From: a virus
Strand: one strand, 5' to 3'
IMG/VR virus record: IMGVR_UViG_3300020202_000078
Length of the DNA stretch: 64,000 nt
The position numbers and the translations under genes are program-made. This document shows positions 17,888 through 27,702 of the stretch, in pieces. The notes beneath the pieces were generated by a model. It was not told the DNA's origin and made no database searches. It saw nothing but the letters and a program-made list of their open reading frames with translations. Numbering within the stretch: position 1 is the first letter of the stretch; each line of letters opens with the position of its first letter.

Positions 17888-18113
17888 CTGGCAGGATATA
17901 GCGAGCGCACCTCGGGATGGGAGCGACTTCCACGCGGTGGACGGCAGGACCGGCCATCAGGAGATCGTCTTCTTCGACGACACCAGGAAGTCCGACGTCA
18001 CACAGGAATGGGTTTGGCACACGAAGGACGGTCCCGCCTACCACGAACGGTTCTTTACGCATTGGCGGCCCCTCCCTTCACCCCCCGGTCAAACCGACAG
18101 GGAAGCGAAATGA
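17880..18113 (+). CDS. DUF551-domain protein
   Basis: IASAPRDGSDF ... THWRPLPSPP. Confidence 0.6.
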   Translation: MTDWQDIASAPRDGSDFHAVDGRTGHQEIVFFDDTRKSDVTQEWVWHTKDGPAYHERFFTHWRPLPSPPGQTDREAK

Positions 18114-18271
18114 ACCGCTCCGCCTTCTACGGCTGGACGTGCTGCGCACTCAGCCAAGTGTCCCTGCTGATCCTCGCCAATGGCCACGCCATCGCCACGA
18201 CGCTCTCCGCCCTGTTGCTGGCTATGTCGGCAGTATCCGCCGCCTTAGCCCTGGTGAAGAAGTCGGCATGA
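18110..18271 (+). CDS. Small membrane protein (2 TM)
   Basis: Hydrophobic; ATGA coupling. Confidence 0.4.
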   Translation: MNRSAFYGWTCCALSQVSLLILANGHAIATTLSALLLAMSAVSAALALVKKSA

Positions 18272-18435
18272 CCCGCGAACTCCTCTGCTTCCCCCACGAC
18301 TACCGCCTGACCATGATCACCCATGAGTACGAGGACTGGTCCTGTCGTCTCTGTGGGCAACCTCAATCCTGGCCCGTGTGGATGGGGAAGAGGCCGCCGC
18401 AGCAGCCGCCTAGCCAACCTGTGAGGCCCGAATGA
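18268..18435 (+). CDS. Small Cys-containing protein
   Basis: Coupled ORF. Confidence 0.35.
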   Translation: MTRELLCFPHDYRLTMITHEYEDWSCRLCGQPQSWPVWMGKRPPQQPPSQPVRPE

Positions 18436-18863
18436 CCCGCATTGCCATCCTCGCCGCTGCCCTCGCCCTGCTGGCCACCCCGGCCCTGGCGGACCCCTGC
18501 AAGGCAATCCCCGACCGTGGCCCCGTTCCAACCTGGATTGAGCCCGGCGCTGTCTTCACCGGCCAGGTCCGCCATATCCTCGACGGGGACGGCCTATGCG
18601 TGGGCAACAGCCCCGATCCCAAGACATGGGTGGAGGTTCGCCTGGAGGACTTCTACGCCCCCGAGCTGAGGGAGCCTGGAGGCCAAGCGGCTAAGGCGAC
18701 CCTCTCCCGCATCACCGCCGGCCGAACCGTCCGCTGCGTCGTCACTCGTCGAGGAAGGGTCCGCTCCTATGACCGCGTCGTCGCAACCTGCACGTTGAAC
18801 GGCCGGAGCCTGCGGGACCACATGACAGCCGCAGGTATCCGTGAAGGGGGTAGGGGCCAATGA
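18432..18863 (+). CDS. Secreted thermonuclease (SNase/micrococcal nuclease-like)
   Basis: Signal peptide; HILDGDGLCV and EVRLEDFYAPELRE SNase motifs. Confidence 0.65.
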   Translation: MTRIAILAAALALLATPALADPCKAIPDRGPVPTWIEPGAVFTGQVRHILDGDGLCVGNSPDPKTWVEVRLEDFYAPELREPGGQAAKATLSRITAGRTVRCVVTRRGRVRSYDRVVATCTLNGRSLRDHMTAAGIREGGRGQ

Positions 18864-19468
18864 GTCGCAAAGCCAAGAAGAAGTCGCCCCAGCAGATCGC
18901 GGCCGGCAGCAAACGCATCCGAAAGTCGGAGGCCCAGCTTGCCCGAGAAGCGGAGGAGCAGCGCGCCCGCGACTTCGAAGCGCTAGGCCTGCCTGGGCAC
19001 ATCGCAAACCTGCCCACTCAGGCCGATGTCCTGGTCGAGCGCGCCACCCGCCAGTCCGCCGACAACCGGGGAAACGTCGACCGGGCGCGTCGTCAGGCTG
19101 GCTTGGACTGGCTCTGGAACAAGAAGCGGTTAGAGCCGCACCAGATGCAAGCGGGCCTCAAGTATGGCGACGACTACCGCGCCGCTACGGATGCCAGGGT
19201 TCGGTCCTGTATGGCCAGCGCGACAGGTGGCGATCTGATGTTCGCACAGGAGCACCGCGCCGCTGCGCGCCAACGGCTATTGAAGGCGCAAAAGGAGGGG
19301 CTGGCTAATCACCCGTCCATGACCAACCTTTGCAACCGGGTTGCCGGCGAGGGTGAGCGGGTTACAGAAATCGCCAATGGAAACGACCCGGAAGCCAAGA
19401 AATTAGAGGCCGTGTTGTGCGTTTCCCTGGACCTGCTCGCCAAGCACTATGGTATCATTACTGCATGA
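18860..19468 (+). CDS. Hypothetical protein
   Basis: 202-aa ORF. Confidence 0.45.
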   Translation: MSRKAKKKSPQQIAAGSKRIRKSEAQLAREAEEQRARDFEALGLPGHIANLPTQADVLVERATRQSADNRGNVDRARRQAGLDWLWNKKRLEPHQMQAGLKYGDDYRAATDARVRSCMASATGGDLMFAQEHRAAARQRLLKAQKEGLANHPSMTNLCNRVAGEGERVTEIANGNDPEAKKLEAVLCVSLDLLAKHYGIITA

Positions 19469-20103
19469 TCCGTTCTGTTTACATCATCGGCGTCGGAACC
19501 GCTCCGGTTAAGGTGGGTGTCGCCGACGACGTCATCGCTAGGCTGGCGACCCTACAGATCGGCAACGCCGATGCCTTGGTCCTGCACCATGCGGTAGCCC
19601 TGCCCTGGGGTGTGGCACAACAGGTTGAGGCCGCTGCGCACAGGGATCTGGCGCCCTACCATCGGCGCGGAGAGTGGTTCAATGTTACGTCCGTCGAGGC
19701 AAGGCGGGTTGTGGAGGCATTGGCTGGCCCCATGATCGCCAAGTGGCGCGCGGGCTCCTACAACAGCGGGGACACGCTTCTGCGTCTGGTGACAGATCAC
19801 CAGGTCAGCCCGTGGGCATTTGAGGCGCTGCAGCACTATCGCGCCCGATGCGCGGCCAAGGACACCCAGGCGGTTCAAGCGATGAACCGAGCCATTCTCG
19901 ACGCTGAGGGCGCCGCCTGCTTGACCGCCTTCACCATGTTCGTCTCCAAGGGCGGTAGCATCGCGGGCATCCTCAGCCGCGCGCCGGAGGCAGCGCACAA
20001 GGCGCTTGCAGCGCTCGCCCGTGGCACGAATGCCCTTTGTGCCCATTGGCGGGCACAGCAGGACGCATCCCTGCTTGACGAAATCCAGAGAAACGTGGCA
20101 TGA
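19465..20103 (+). CDS. T5orf172/GIY-YIG-like domain protein
   Basis: SVYIIGVGTAPVKVGVADDVIARL...HR.L..Y..RGEWF. Confidence 0.55.
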   Translation: MIRSVYIIGVGTAPVKVGVADDVIARLATLQIGNADALVLHHAVALPWGVAQQVEAAAHRDLAPYHRRGEWFNVTSVEARRVVEALAGPMIAKWRAGSYNSGDTLLRLVTDHQVSPWAFEALQHYRARCAAKDTQAVQAMNRAILDAEGAACLTAFTMFVSKGGSIAGILSRAPEAAHKALAALARGTNALCAHWRAQQDASLLDEIQRNVA

Positions 20104-20170
20104 AATTACTCAGGGTGGTGCTTCGCGTCCACCCGACCCCCAACATTCGGTATCGGGCGCGGTGCGCCTG

Positions 20171-20425
20171 CTACTCTCCCCGGATCATCGCCGCCAGACT
20201 GAGCGCATCCCGCCGAACAGACGGCAGCGCCAAGTCTATGTTCCCCTGACTGAGGGCCAGGGCAAGTGAGACCCGCTCCACGGCGAGGGCATGGAGATTG
20301 CGGAGCTTCGAGGCGCCGGCTTCTACGTCCTGGTAGGCTCGATGGCTTAGGCCGATGAGGTCGGCCATCTCCGCCTGTGTAATGCCTGCCCGGTCTCTTA
20401 GGGCCTTGAGGTCGCCGACATTCAT
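20171..20425 (-). CDS. XRE-family HTH transcriptional regulator
   Basis: LRDRAGITQAEMADLIGLSHRAYQDVEAG; RBS GGAG. Confidence 0.6.
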   Translation of the reverse strand: MNVGDLKALRDRAGITQAEMADLIGLSHRAYQDVEAGASKLRNLHALAVERVSLALALSQGNIDLALPSVRRDALSLAAMIRGE

Positions 20426-20429
20426 TGAT

Positions 20430-20960
20430 TTTTCTCCGGTTACCTGATACCCCTCCGGAGAGCCTAGGCGGGACGGGAATCCCACCTAGGCCCCCCGGTT
20501 ACTTCCGGAAGCTGATTTGGACTTGTAGGACCTTCAGCTTCCAGAACCGGAGTAGGAGTTTGAAGCGAAGCTTCATTTCTTCCTCCGAGTTGCCGGCTGG
20601 GGGTCAGCCGGTAAGAATGTTGTACGCGGAAACTGCGCATAGGTCAACAGCCTAGCGCAGTTTCTTCGTATTTTTCTCGCGGTAAGCCGCAGAAACCACG
20701 CATCTCCCCGTATAGGCAGACAGGTTAAGGCGCCGACCTTGTGAAAGGCGCTCCAAGTTTCAGCGGCGGCGTGGAAACGTAGACACGCAGGTCCGGGTAC
20801 ACTGATCGGCAACCACGCAGGGAAACCTGCTTAGGGCTCGTTCAGAGCCGGTTTAACGCCCGGCCCGCTGAAAGCCATTCAGTTCGCGCCCACGGCCTTC
20901 CTCCCTCGGGGCCTGCGCGAGGCCCATCGGTAGAGCTTCTGTTCCCGATGGGCCAACCTA
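20430..20960. other. Structured ~500-bp noncoding region with reduced GC and multiple hairpins (candidate ori, ncRNA or late-operon control region)
   Basis: No convincing ORF; perfect stems such as cccatcgg...ccgatggg, aaactgcgcatagg...cctagcgcagttt, gccggctg..cagccggt. Confidence 0.35.
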
Positions 20961-20972
20961 CAGGAGACAGCG

Positions 20973-21173
20973 ATGCACCCCGACAGCCAAGCGGCCATCA
21001 TTGCAAACGACCTCGATAGCCTGGTGCACCGCATCGAGGCTCTTCCGGCGCATCCGGAGAACACGGCTGCGCTTAACGCCGTTCAAGCGGCCCGGCAGGC
21101 GATCAACAAGGCTAGAGCCGACCTGCACCAGAGCGCCATGCGGGAGCGTTTCGCCGCTTCGGACGCCGCCTAA
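20973..21173 (+). CDS. Hypothetical protein
   Basis: ORF. Confidence 0.4.
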   Translation: MHPDSQAAIIANDLDSLVHRIEALPAHPENTAALNAVQAARQAINKARADLHQSAMRERFAASDAA

Positions 21174-21240
21174 CCCCCTTCGCCCCGTCATCGCCACATC
21201 CAAGCATAGCGACTTAGACGATAGAACGCGGGCGAACCCT

Positions 21241-21435
21241 ATGAACCCCACCCCCACCGAATGGCAAGAAACCGGCCGGGACCGCACGGTGACCAGAGGG
21301 GTCTTCGTCAGGCGGCAGGTCCGCCAGGTCGAGGAGCGCCGCTACGTCTTTCGGCCAGTATCGCGGGGTTGGACCCCCGCCAACTGGCGGGAGCAAACGC
21401 GGTGGCGAGAGTGCGGTCCAAGCCGGCGCCCATAG
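21241..21435 (+). CDS. Hypothetical protein
   Basis: ORF. Confidence 0.35.
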   Translation: MNPTPTEWQETGRDRTVTRGVFVRRQVRQVEERRYVFRPVSRGWTPANWREQTRWRECGPSRRP

Positions 21436-21680
21436 CGTGAGCGAACCCTAAGAGGCCGTATGACGAAGCCACGCCTTCTCCGGTCTTCATCCGCCACGGT
21501 CCTGCACCGGCTGCTGAAGTCGAAGCGACCGCCTTGTCCGCCGAACACTGAACCGAACGCTGCGATACACTACCAGTCGCACCGAAACGAGATCGCCACA
21601 CCGACCGCGTTGCCGCTCGATCTCACCGAGCCGACGTATTGGGCCGTCGCCTAGGCGAACGCTTCAGAGGACACCGAACG

Positions 21681-21956
21681 ATGGATGACAGCGAAATCCG
21701 CCGCGATGCCCTCCGCATGGCAATGGACACCCGCCCACCGAACGAGCGAGACGTCGATACCGTCAAACGCGCTGAGGCCTTCTATCGGTTCATGCAGTCC
21801 CGGCCGCTTAACGGGAAGCCGGAAGGGTCACCGCCAGGAACGCGAGGCATCGTGCCGAGGCCCGAACGTCCGCCTACAGTGACAATCCGAGAGGGGTGGG
21901 CGAAGCCCATGCCGCCGCCTCCACCCCCGCCGCAGATGGGGCGCATTCCGCGTTAA
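21681..21956 (+). CDS. Hypothetical protein, Pro-rich C-terminus
   Basis: RBS AGAGGA. Confidence 0.4.
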   Translation: MDDSEIRRDALRMAMDTRPPNERDVDTVKRAEAFYRFMQSRPLNGKPEGSPPGTRGIVPRPERPPTVTIREGWAKPMPPPPPPPQMGRIPR

Positions 21957-21959
21957 GCG

Positions 21960-22241
21960 ATGACGCTGGCTGAGATCATCACCACTCCCGAGACCGACCG
22001 CTACACCATCACCGGCCCTCACCCTGACGGCAAACTCTGGACGGTGATAGACCGCAACACCGGGGAAGAGGTGGGCGGCTACAACGCTTACTCGTTGGCA
22101 AAGGATCTATGCCAACGGCTGAGCGACCAAACGCCATCGCCCTTTGAGATCGCGGCGCTCCCTCTGCCTCAGGCCGACGAGGATATCTACCGCTCATACC
22201 TTGAGACACGCATGGCTGTTGCCCGCGCCTTCTCCGCCTAG
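21960..22241 (+). CDS. Hypothetical protein
   Basis: ORF. Confidence 0.45.
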   Translation: MTLAEIITTPETDRYTITGPHPDGKLWTVIDRNTGEEVGGYNAYSLAKDLCQRLSDQTPSPFEIAALPLPQADEDIYRSYLETRMAVARAFSA

Positions 22242-22253
22242 CCCAACCACATC

Positions 22254-22631
22254 ATGGGTAAGGCCAGCCGCCTCTCAAGCCCGACCGGTAGGCTGATCCT
22301 GGCCTCACACCGCCTGTCGCACTCGCCCACCCAAGATCCCGAGCCAACCACCCCTAACCAGTCTCCGTGGAAGGCGTGGTACAACACAGCCCAATGGCGC
22401 AGGCTCCGCCTAGCCACCTTTGAGCGCGACCGCTTCACCTGCCAGATGTGCCGGAAGCTCGAAGGTGACACCTCTCAGCTCGTCTGTGACCACAAGCAGC
22501 CCCACAGGGGCAATGCCACCAAGTTCTGGAATCCCGACAACCTCCAGACCCTCTGTAAATCCCCCTGTCATGACCAGCACAAGCAAGCCCAGGAGCAAGA
22601 CAGCCGGTGCCACCAGGGGACATGGGACTAA
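22254..22631 (+). CDS. HNH endonuclease (terminase-associated)
   Basis: FERDRFTCQMC...CDHKQPH...NLQTLCKSPCH; directly upstream of terS. Confidence 0.7.
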   Translation: MGKASRLSSPTGRLILASHRLSHSPTQDPEPTTPNQSPWKAWYNTAQWRRLRLATFERDRFTCQMCRKLEGDTSQLVCDHKQPHRGNATKFWNPDNLQTLCKSPCHDQHKQAQEQDSRCHQGTWD

Positions 22632-22755
22632 CCCCCGGGGGGGAGGGTCCAAAATCCTATCAAGTCGGTGGGAGAAGACCGGCGGCCAATCACGGAGAGA
22701 TTATTTCCGGCCCGGGGGATTTGAGTCCCGCGAACCTCATTGCGAACGGAGACCG

Positions 22756-23322
22756 ATGACCGAAACCAGGAAGCCGATCGACTGGGCAGACATCGAGCGC
22801 GACTACAGCACGAGCCCCATGTCCGTAAGGGAAATTGCCCGATGGCATGGCGTGACGGAGGCCGCGATTCGCAAGCACGCCAAGAAGGCCAAATGGGTGA
22901 GGCCCGAGACGGCGCCCGGTTCGCAGCAGGAGCCGCGCACTCCACCCCCAGTCAAGGTCTACGTTGGGACGGTTCTGACCCCGGAGAACACGACCCCTGA
23001 GGCCATTGTCGACAGGGGTCGCGCGCTTGCCATGCGGATGCTCGATGAGTTGGACGCTTCCACGAGCATGATGGGCGAGTTGGAGACGCTGATCACCGCT
23101 GGCATCGAGGGCGACAACGACAAGCAGCGCGAGGCGGCCCTTGCGGCGGTCTCGTTGAAGACCCGGGCGGAGGTTCTGAAGTCGCTGGCAACCGCGACGA
23201 AGACCTTCGCTGAGAGCGGGGCTCCGGCGGGGATCAAGAAGCAGCGCCAGGAGGCCGGGGAGCGGGTCGCGAGGGGAGGGGGCAAGTTCGCCGCGCCGCC
23301 GCCGCCGAGGATCGTTCAATAG
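22756..23322 (+). CDS. terS: Terminase small subunit
   Basis: HTH MSVREIARWHGVTEAAIRKHAKK; sits before terL. Confidence 0.7.
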   Translation: MTETRKPIDWADIERDYSTSPMSVREIARWHGVTEAAIRKHAKKAKWVRPETAPGSQQEPRTPPPVKVYVGTVLTPENTTPEAIVDRGRALAMRMLDELDASTSMMGELETLITAGIEGDNDKQREAALAAVSLKTRAEVLKSLATATKTFAESGAPAGIKKQRQEAGERVARGGGKFAAPPPPRIVQ

Positions 23323-24993
23323 GTGGAGTGGTCCACCGCCTGCGTCGACTGGCAAGACCGGATTGTCGCCAGGCGCTCGCTGATCCCGTCACCACTGTTT
23401 GCCGATGAGGCCCGCGAGGCGCTGGAGGTCTTCAAGTCGCTGCGGATCGTGGACGCGCCCGGCAAACCGACTTTCGGTGAGGCGTGCGATCGGTGGGTGT
23501 TCGACTTCGTCTCATCGATCTTCGGCGCATATGACGCGGAGACGGGCAAGCGCCTGATCCGCGAGTTCTTCCTCCTGATCTCGAAGAAGAACTCCAAGTC
23601 CACCATCGCGGCCGGAATCATGCTCACCGCGCTGATCCGCAACTGGCGGCACTCGGCGGAACTTCTGATCCTGGCGCCGACCATCGAGGTTGCCCAAAAC
23701 GCCTACAACCCGGCCCGGGACATGGTGAAGGAGGACGAGGAGCTGACCGACCTCCTGCATGTGCAGGACCACCTTCGAACGATCACGCACCGCGAGAACG
23801 GCGCGATGCTCAAAGTGGTGGCGGCCGACACCGATACGGTCTCCGGCAAGAAGGCGGGTCACATCTTCGTCGACGAGCTGTGGGTGTTCGGCAAGCGCGC
23901 CAAGGCCGATGCAATGCTCCGCGAGGCGACCGGCGGCTCTGTGTCGAGGCCGGAAGGGTTCATCATCTGGGCGAGCACCCAATCGGACGAAGAGCCGGCC
24001 GGGGTGTTCAAGACCAAGCTGGACTATTTCCGCGATGTGCGGGACGGCAGGATCGAGGACCCCCGCAGCTTGCCGGTGATCTATGAGTTCCCGGAGGCGA
24101 TGGTTGAATCGGGCGAATATCTGAAGCCTGAGAACTTCTACATCACGAACCCGAACCTTGGCCGGTCGGTCGATCAGCGCTGGCTTGAGGATGAACTTCG
24201 CAAGGTCAGGGACGCGACCGGTGGCGAGAAGCAGGTCTTCCTCGCCAAGCACCTCAACATCGAAATCGGCCTGAAACTATCGAACAACCGATGGGCCGGT
24301 GCGGACTATTGGGAGGCCGCCGCCGACCCGACGCTTACGCTGGATGAGCTACTTCGGCGATCGGAGGTCTGCACGATTGGCCTGGACGGTGGCGGTCTGG
24401 ATGACCTTTTCGGCTTGGCGGTCGTCGGCCGATGCAGGGAAACCCGAACCTGGCTTCTGTGGAACCGGGCCTGGGCGCATGACGACGTCCTTCAGCGGCG
24501 CAAGGACATCGCCAGCAAGCTGAAGGACTTCGAGCGCGACGGCGACCTGGTGATCTGCAAGGACCCGATGGCGCCGATCATCCAGGCGGCGGAAATCGTC
24601 GAGCGCGTATATCTGGCCGGCCTACTGCCGGAAAAGGACGGGGTCGGCCTGGACCCGGCCGGCGTCGCGACGCTGGTTGACGAGTTGGAAGACAGGGGCG
24701 TCGGGATCGGCCTGCAGGTCGCGGTGCGGCAGGGATATGCGCTTTCTCCCGCATCCTGGGGATCTGAGATCAAATTGAAGAATGGCTCCCTGAAGCACGG
24801 TGGCCGACCGATGATGGCCTGGTGTGTCGGAAACGCGAAGGTCGAGGTTCGCGGCGGCGCGGTTGTCATCACCAAGCAGTCGGCGGGACGGGCCAAGATC
24901 GACCCGCTGGTGGCGTCGTTCAACGCGATGATGCTGATGAGCCGGAACCCGTCGGCGAAGTCGGCTCCCAAATACCAAATGATCGTAATCTAG
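23323..24993 (+). CDS. terL: Terminase large subunit
   Basis: Walker A-like ISKKNSKST; Walker [12 protein letters not shown]-terminal nuclease domain; GTG start. Confidence 0.85.
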   Translation: MEWSTACVDWQDRIVARRSLIPSPLFADEAREALEVFKSLRIVDAPGKPTFGEACDRWVFDFVSSIFGAYDAETGKRLIREFFLLISKKNSKSTIAAGIMLTALIRNWRHSAELLILAPTIEVAQNAYNPARDMVKEDEELTDLLHVQDHLRTITHRENGAMLKVVAADTDTVSGKKAGHIFVDELWVFGKRAKADAMLREATGGSVSRPEGFIIWASTQSDEEPAGVFKTKLDYFRDVRDGRIEDPRSLPVIYEFPEAMVESGEYLKPENFYITNPNLGRSVDQRWLEDELRKVRDATGGEKQVFLAKHLNIEIGLKLSNNRWAGADYWEAAADPTLTLDELLRRSEVCTIGLDGGGLDDLFGLAVVGRCRETRTWLLWNRAWAHDDVLQRRKDIASKLKDFERDGDLVICKDPMAPIIQAAEIVERVYLAGLLPEKDGVGLDPAGVATLVDELEDRGVGIGLQVAVRQGYALSPASWGSEIKLKNGSLKHGGRPMMAWCVGNAKVEVRGGAVVITKQSAGRAKIDPLVASFNAMMLMSRNPSAKSAPKYQMIVI

Positions 24994-25002
24994 GAGGCCG
25001 GC

Positions 25003-25620
25003 ATGAACCGAGCCTATTCCATGTTGGAGGCCAAGGCCTTCGATGACGACAAGCGTACCTTTTCCGGCTGGGCCACCACCCCCGCACCGGACCGCATGTC
25101 GGACACTATCGACCCGCTGGGCGCCAAGTTCCAGAACCCCCTGGTTCTGCTGCACCAGCACAATCACACGGCGCCCATCGGCTCCGTCCGGTTCGGTAAG
25201 CCGACTGCCAGGGGGATCGAGTTCGAGGCCCAAATCCCTGAGATCAAGGAGCCCGGCCCTCTGAAGGACCGCGTGGATACCGCCTGGGGCGAGATCAAGC
25301 ACGGCTTGGTCCGCGCGGTATCGATTGGCTTTCGCCCGCTCAAGTACGCGTTCCGCGACGATGGTGGAATCGACTACCAAGAGATCGAAGTGCTGGAGCT
25401 TAGCAGCGTTTCAGTGCCGGCCAACGCGAGCGCCGTGATCATGGCGGTCAAGTCCATCGACGCCGGCCTGAGGGCCGCCGAGGGCGTGCCCGACCCCGAA
25501 ATTCCGCCGACCCCCGAGAGCGAAGCCGCGCCTGGCAAGTCCGCTCATGTGGTGAAGCTGAACCCCCCGGCCCGCGACAGGGCCCAGCCTTTCGTCATCA
25601 ACAAGATCAACCACCGCTAG
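25003..25620 (+). CDS. HK97-family prohead protease
   Basis: FSGWATTP..D..GD.I.P..LLHQHNHTAPIGSV...SIGF. Confidence 0.75.
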   Translation: MNRAYSMLEAKAFDDDKRTFSGWATTPAPDRMSDTIDPLGAKFQNPLVLLHQHNHTAPIGSVRFGKPTARGIEFEAQIPEIKEPGPLKDRVDTAWGEIKHGLVRAVSIGFRPLKYAFRDDGGIDYQEIEVLELSSVSVPANASAVIMAVKSIDAGLRAAEGVPDPEIPPTPESEAAPGKSAHVVKLNPPARDRAQPFVINKINHR

Positions 25621-25651
25621 GCGCTGCCGGCGGCTGGAAGGAACCACGACA

Positions 25652-27022
25652 ATGCAAACCTACGCAGAGCAACGCTCCGCGTACGAGGCCACCCGCGCCT
25701 CGTCCGCCGCGCGCATGAAGTCCATCATGGACGAGTCGGCCGCCAAGGGTGAAACCCTGGACGCCGCTCAACAGGAAGAGTTCGACACCTTGGAGAAGGA
25801 CATCGAGGCTGTCGATGCTCAGATCAAGCGGCTGAAGACCCTGGAAAGCCTGAACCTGGAGAAGGCCGTCGAGGTCAAGGGCGCCACCGCCGAAGAGGGC
25901 TCCAACGCCCGCTCCAGCGTGACCGTCCAGGTAAAGGGGACCAACGTCCCGGCCGGCATCGGCTTCGTTCGCCTGATGGGCGCCAAGTACCTGGCGCAGA
26001 AGCACTATCAGGCGCCCGCCGAGATCGCCAAGCAGATGTGGCCGGAGATGCCGGAGCTTCAGACCATCCTTCGGACGGCTGTCACCCCCGGCAACACCAC
26101 GGACACCACCTGGGCCTCACCGCTGGTCGAGTACACCAATCTCGCCAGCGAGTTCGTCGATCTGCTGCGGCCGGCGACCATCATCGGCCGCATCCCCGGC
26201 CTGACCCGCGTGCCCTTCAACGTGAAGATTCCCCGCGCCACCACCGACCCGACCGTCAACTGGGTCGGCGAGGGTAAGGTGAAGCCGGTCTCCTCGATGG
26301 CGTTCGACTCGATCACCCTCGACCACACGAAGGTTGCGGGCATCGTGCCCATCACCGAGGAGCTGTTGCGCTTCTCGAGCCCCTCGGCGGAGATGCTGAT
26401 CCGCAACGCGCTGGTCGCGGCCGTGGCCTATCTGACCGACCGGGACTTCCTCGACCCGACGAAAGCCGAAGCGGTGGGCGTGTCGCCGGCTTCGATCACC
26501 AACGGCGTCACCCCGATTACCGCCACCGGCACCACGGCCGACGCCCTGCGCGACGACCTCGGCACGCTGCTGTCGGAGTACGCGGAAGCCAACATGGGCC
26601 TTTCCGGCCTGGTCCTGGTGATGACGGCGCAACAGGCGATCAAGATCAGCCTGATGCGCAACAGCCTGGGTCAGAAGGAGTTCGACACCATCGGCATCGG
26701 CGGCGGCACCCTGGAAGGCATTCCGGTGGTCATCTCCGAGAACATCGTCTCCACCGGCGGCTCGCCGGTCGACGGTGGCCTGATCGTGGCGATCAACGCT
26801 CCCGAAATCCTGCTCGCCGACGACGGCCAGGTGAACGTGGACATGAGCCGCGAAGCCTCGCTGCAAATGGAGACCACGCCGGATAGCCCGGCGTCGGCCT
26901 CTACGGTCCTGACCTCGCTGTGGCAACACAACATGGTCGCCTTCAGGGCCGAGCGTATGATCCACTGGAAGGCCCGCCGCTCTGGCGCCGTTCAGTTCAT
27001 CCAGAACGCCAAGTACCAGTAA
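25652..27022 (+). CDS. Major capsid protein (HK97 fold) with N-terminal coiled-coil delta domain
   Basis: 456 aa, placed after the protease; capsid-like core. Confidence 0.8.
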   Translation: MQTYAEQRSAYEATRASSAARMKSIMDESAAKGETLDAAQQEEFDTLEKDIEAVDAQIKRLKTLESLNLEKAVEVKGATAEEGSNARSSVTVQVKGTNVPAGIGFVRLMGAKYLAQKHYQAPAEIAKQMWPEMPELQTILRTAVTPGNTTDTTWASPLVEYTNLASEFVDLLRPATIIGRIPGLTRVPFNVKIPRATTDPTVNWVGEGKVKPVSSMAFDSITLDHTKVAGIVPITEELLRFSSPSAEMLIRNALVAAVAYLTDRDFLDPTKAEAVGVSPASITNGVTPITATGTTADALRDDLGTLLSEYAEANMGLSGLVLVMTAQQAIKISLMRNSLGQKEFDTIGIGGGTLEGIPVVISENIVSTGGSPVDGGLIVAINAPEILLADDGQVNVDMSREASLQMETTPDSPASASTVLTSLWQHNMVAFRAERMIHWKARRSGAVQFIQNAKYQ

Positions 27023-27027
27023 GGGTC

Positions 27028-27056
27028 GGCCCGCGCCGGTTAGAGCCGGCGCGGGC
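27028..27056 (+). terminator. Perfect 11-bp stem-loop downstream of the capsid gene (attenuator / transcript stabilizer)
   Basis: gcccgcgccggc-ttagag-ccggcgcgggc; no T-tract. Confidence 0.4.
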
Positions 27057-27075
27057 GCCTCTGAGGAGACGCCTG

Positions 27076-27522
27076 ATGAAACTGAAAGTTACAGCGCCGG
27101 ACCTCCGGTGGAAGGGCGTCCGCATACTCAAGGGCGCACCGTTCGAGGCAAACACCGACCGAGAGCGGGAGCTAGCCGATCTGCTGGTGCGGATTGGCAA
27201 GGCGGAGGAGGTCAAGGGAGGCCCCGTCCGGCGCGCTCACGTCGAGGCTCCGACGGCAAAATCGTTGGAGTGGGTCGATCCCCGCCTCGACCACGACGGC
27301 AACGGCAAGCAGGGCGGCTCTGTCGCTGTCACGGCCGAGGAGCCTTTTGAAGACATGACCGACGACCAACTCCGCGAGTTCATCGAGAAGCGGGACGGCG
27401 AGAAGCCGCATTTCCGCCTTGGTCGGCCGAAGCTTCTGGCGCTCGCCAACAAGACCGACGATGCCGAGCCCAGGGTCGGCGAGTACAAGCACCGCGCCAT
27501 GAGGGCTGAAGGCTCTGAATAA
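27076..27522 (+). CDS. Hypothetical head protein with HeH/Rho_N-like C-terminal motif
   Basis: MTDDQLREFIEKRDGEKP. Confidence 0.45.
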   Translation: MKLKVTAPDLRWKGVRILKGAPFEANTDRERELADLLVRIGKAEEVKGGPVRRAHVEAPTAKSLEWVDPRLDHDGNGKQGGSVAVTAEEPFEDMTDDQLREFIEKRDGEKPHFRLGRPKLLALANKTDDAEPRVGEYKHRAMRAEGSE

Positions 27523-27702
27523 GGCCCTCGCCCGAATGCTGGCGGCTGTTGTCAGCCCTCCGGCAGTTATCGCATTCCTGGTGCTGTTTGCCGTCGTGAG
27601 CGCGGCGGTGGGCGTTTCGATGCTCGTGGGCACGGCGTGGACGCTGATCTTCCTGTCCGCCGTCGCCCTGACGATGGCCGTGTTGCTGGCGAGAGGGATG
27701 AG

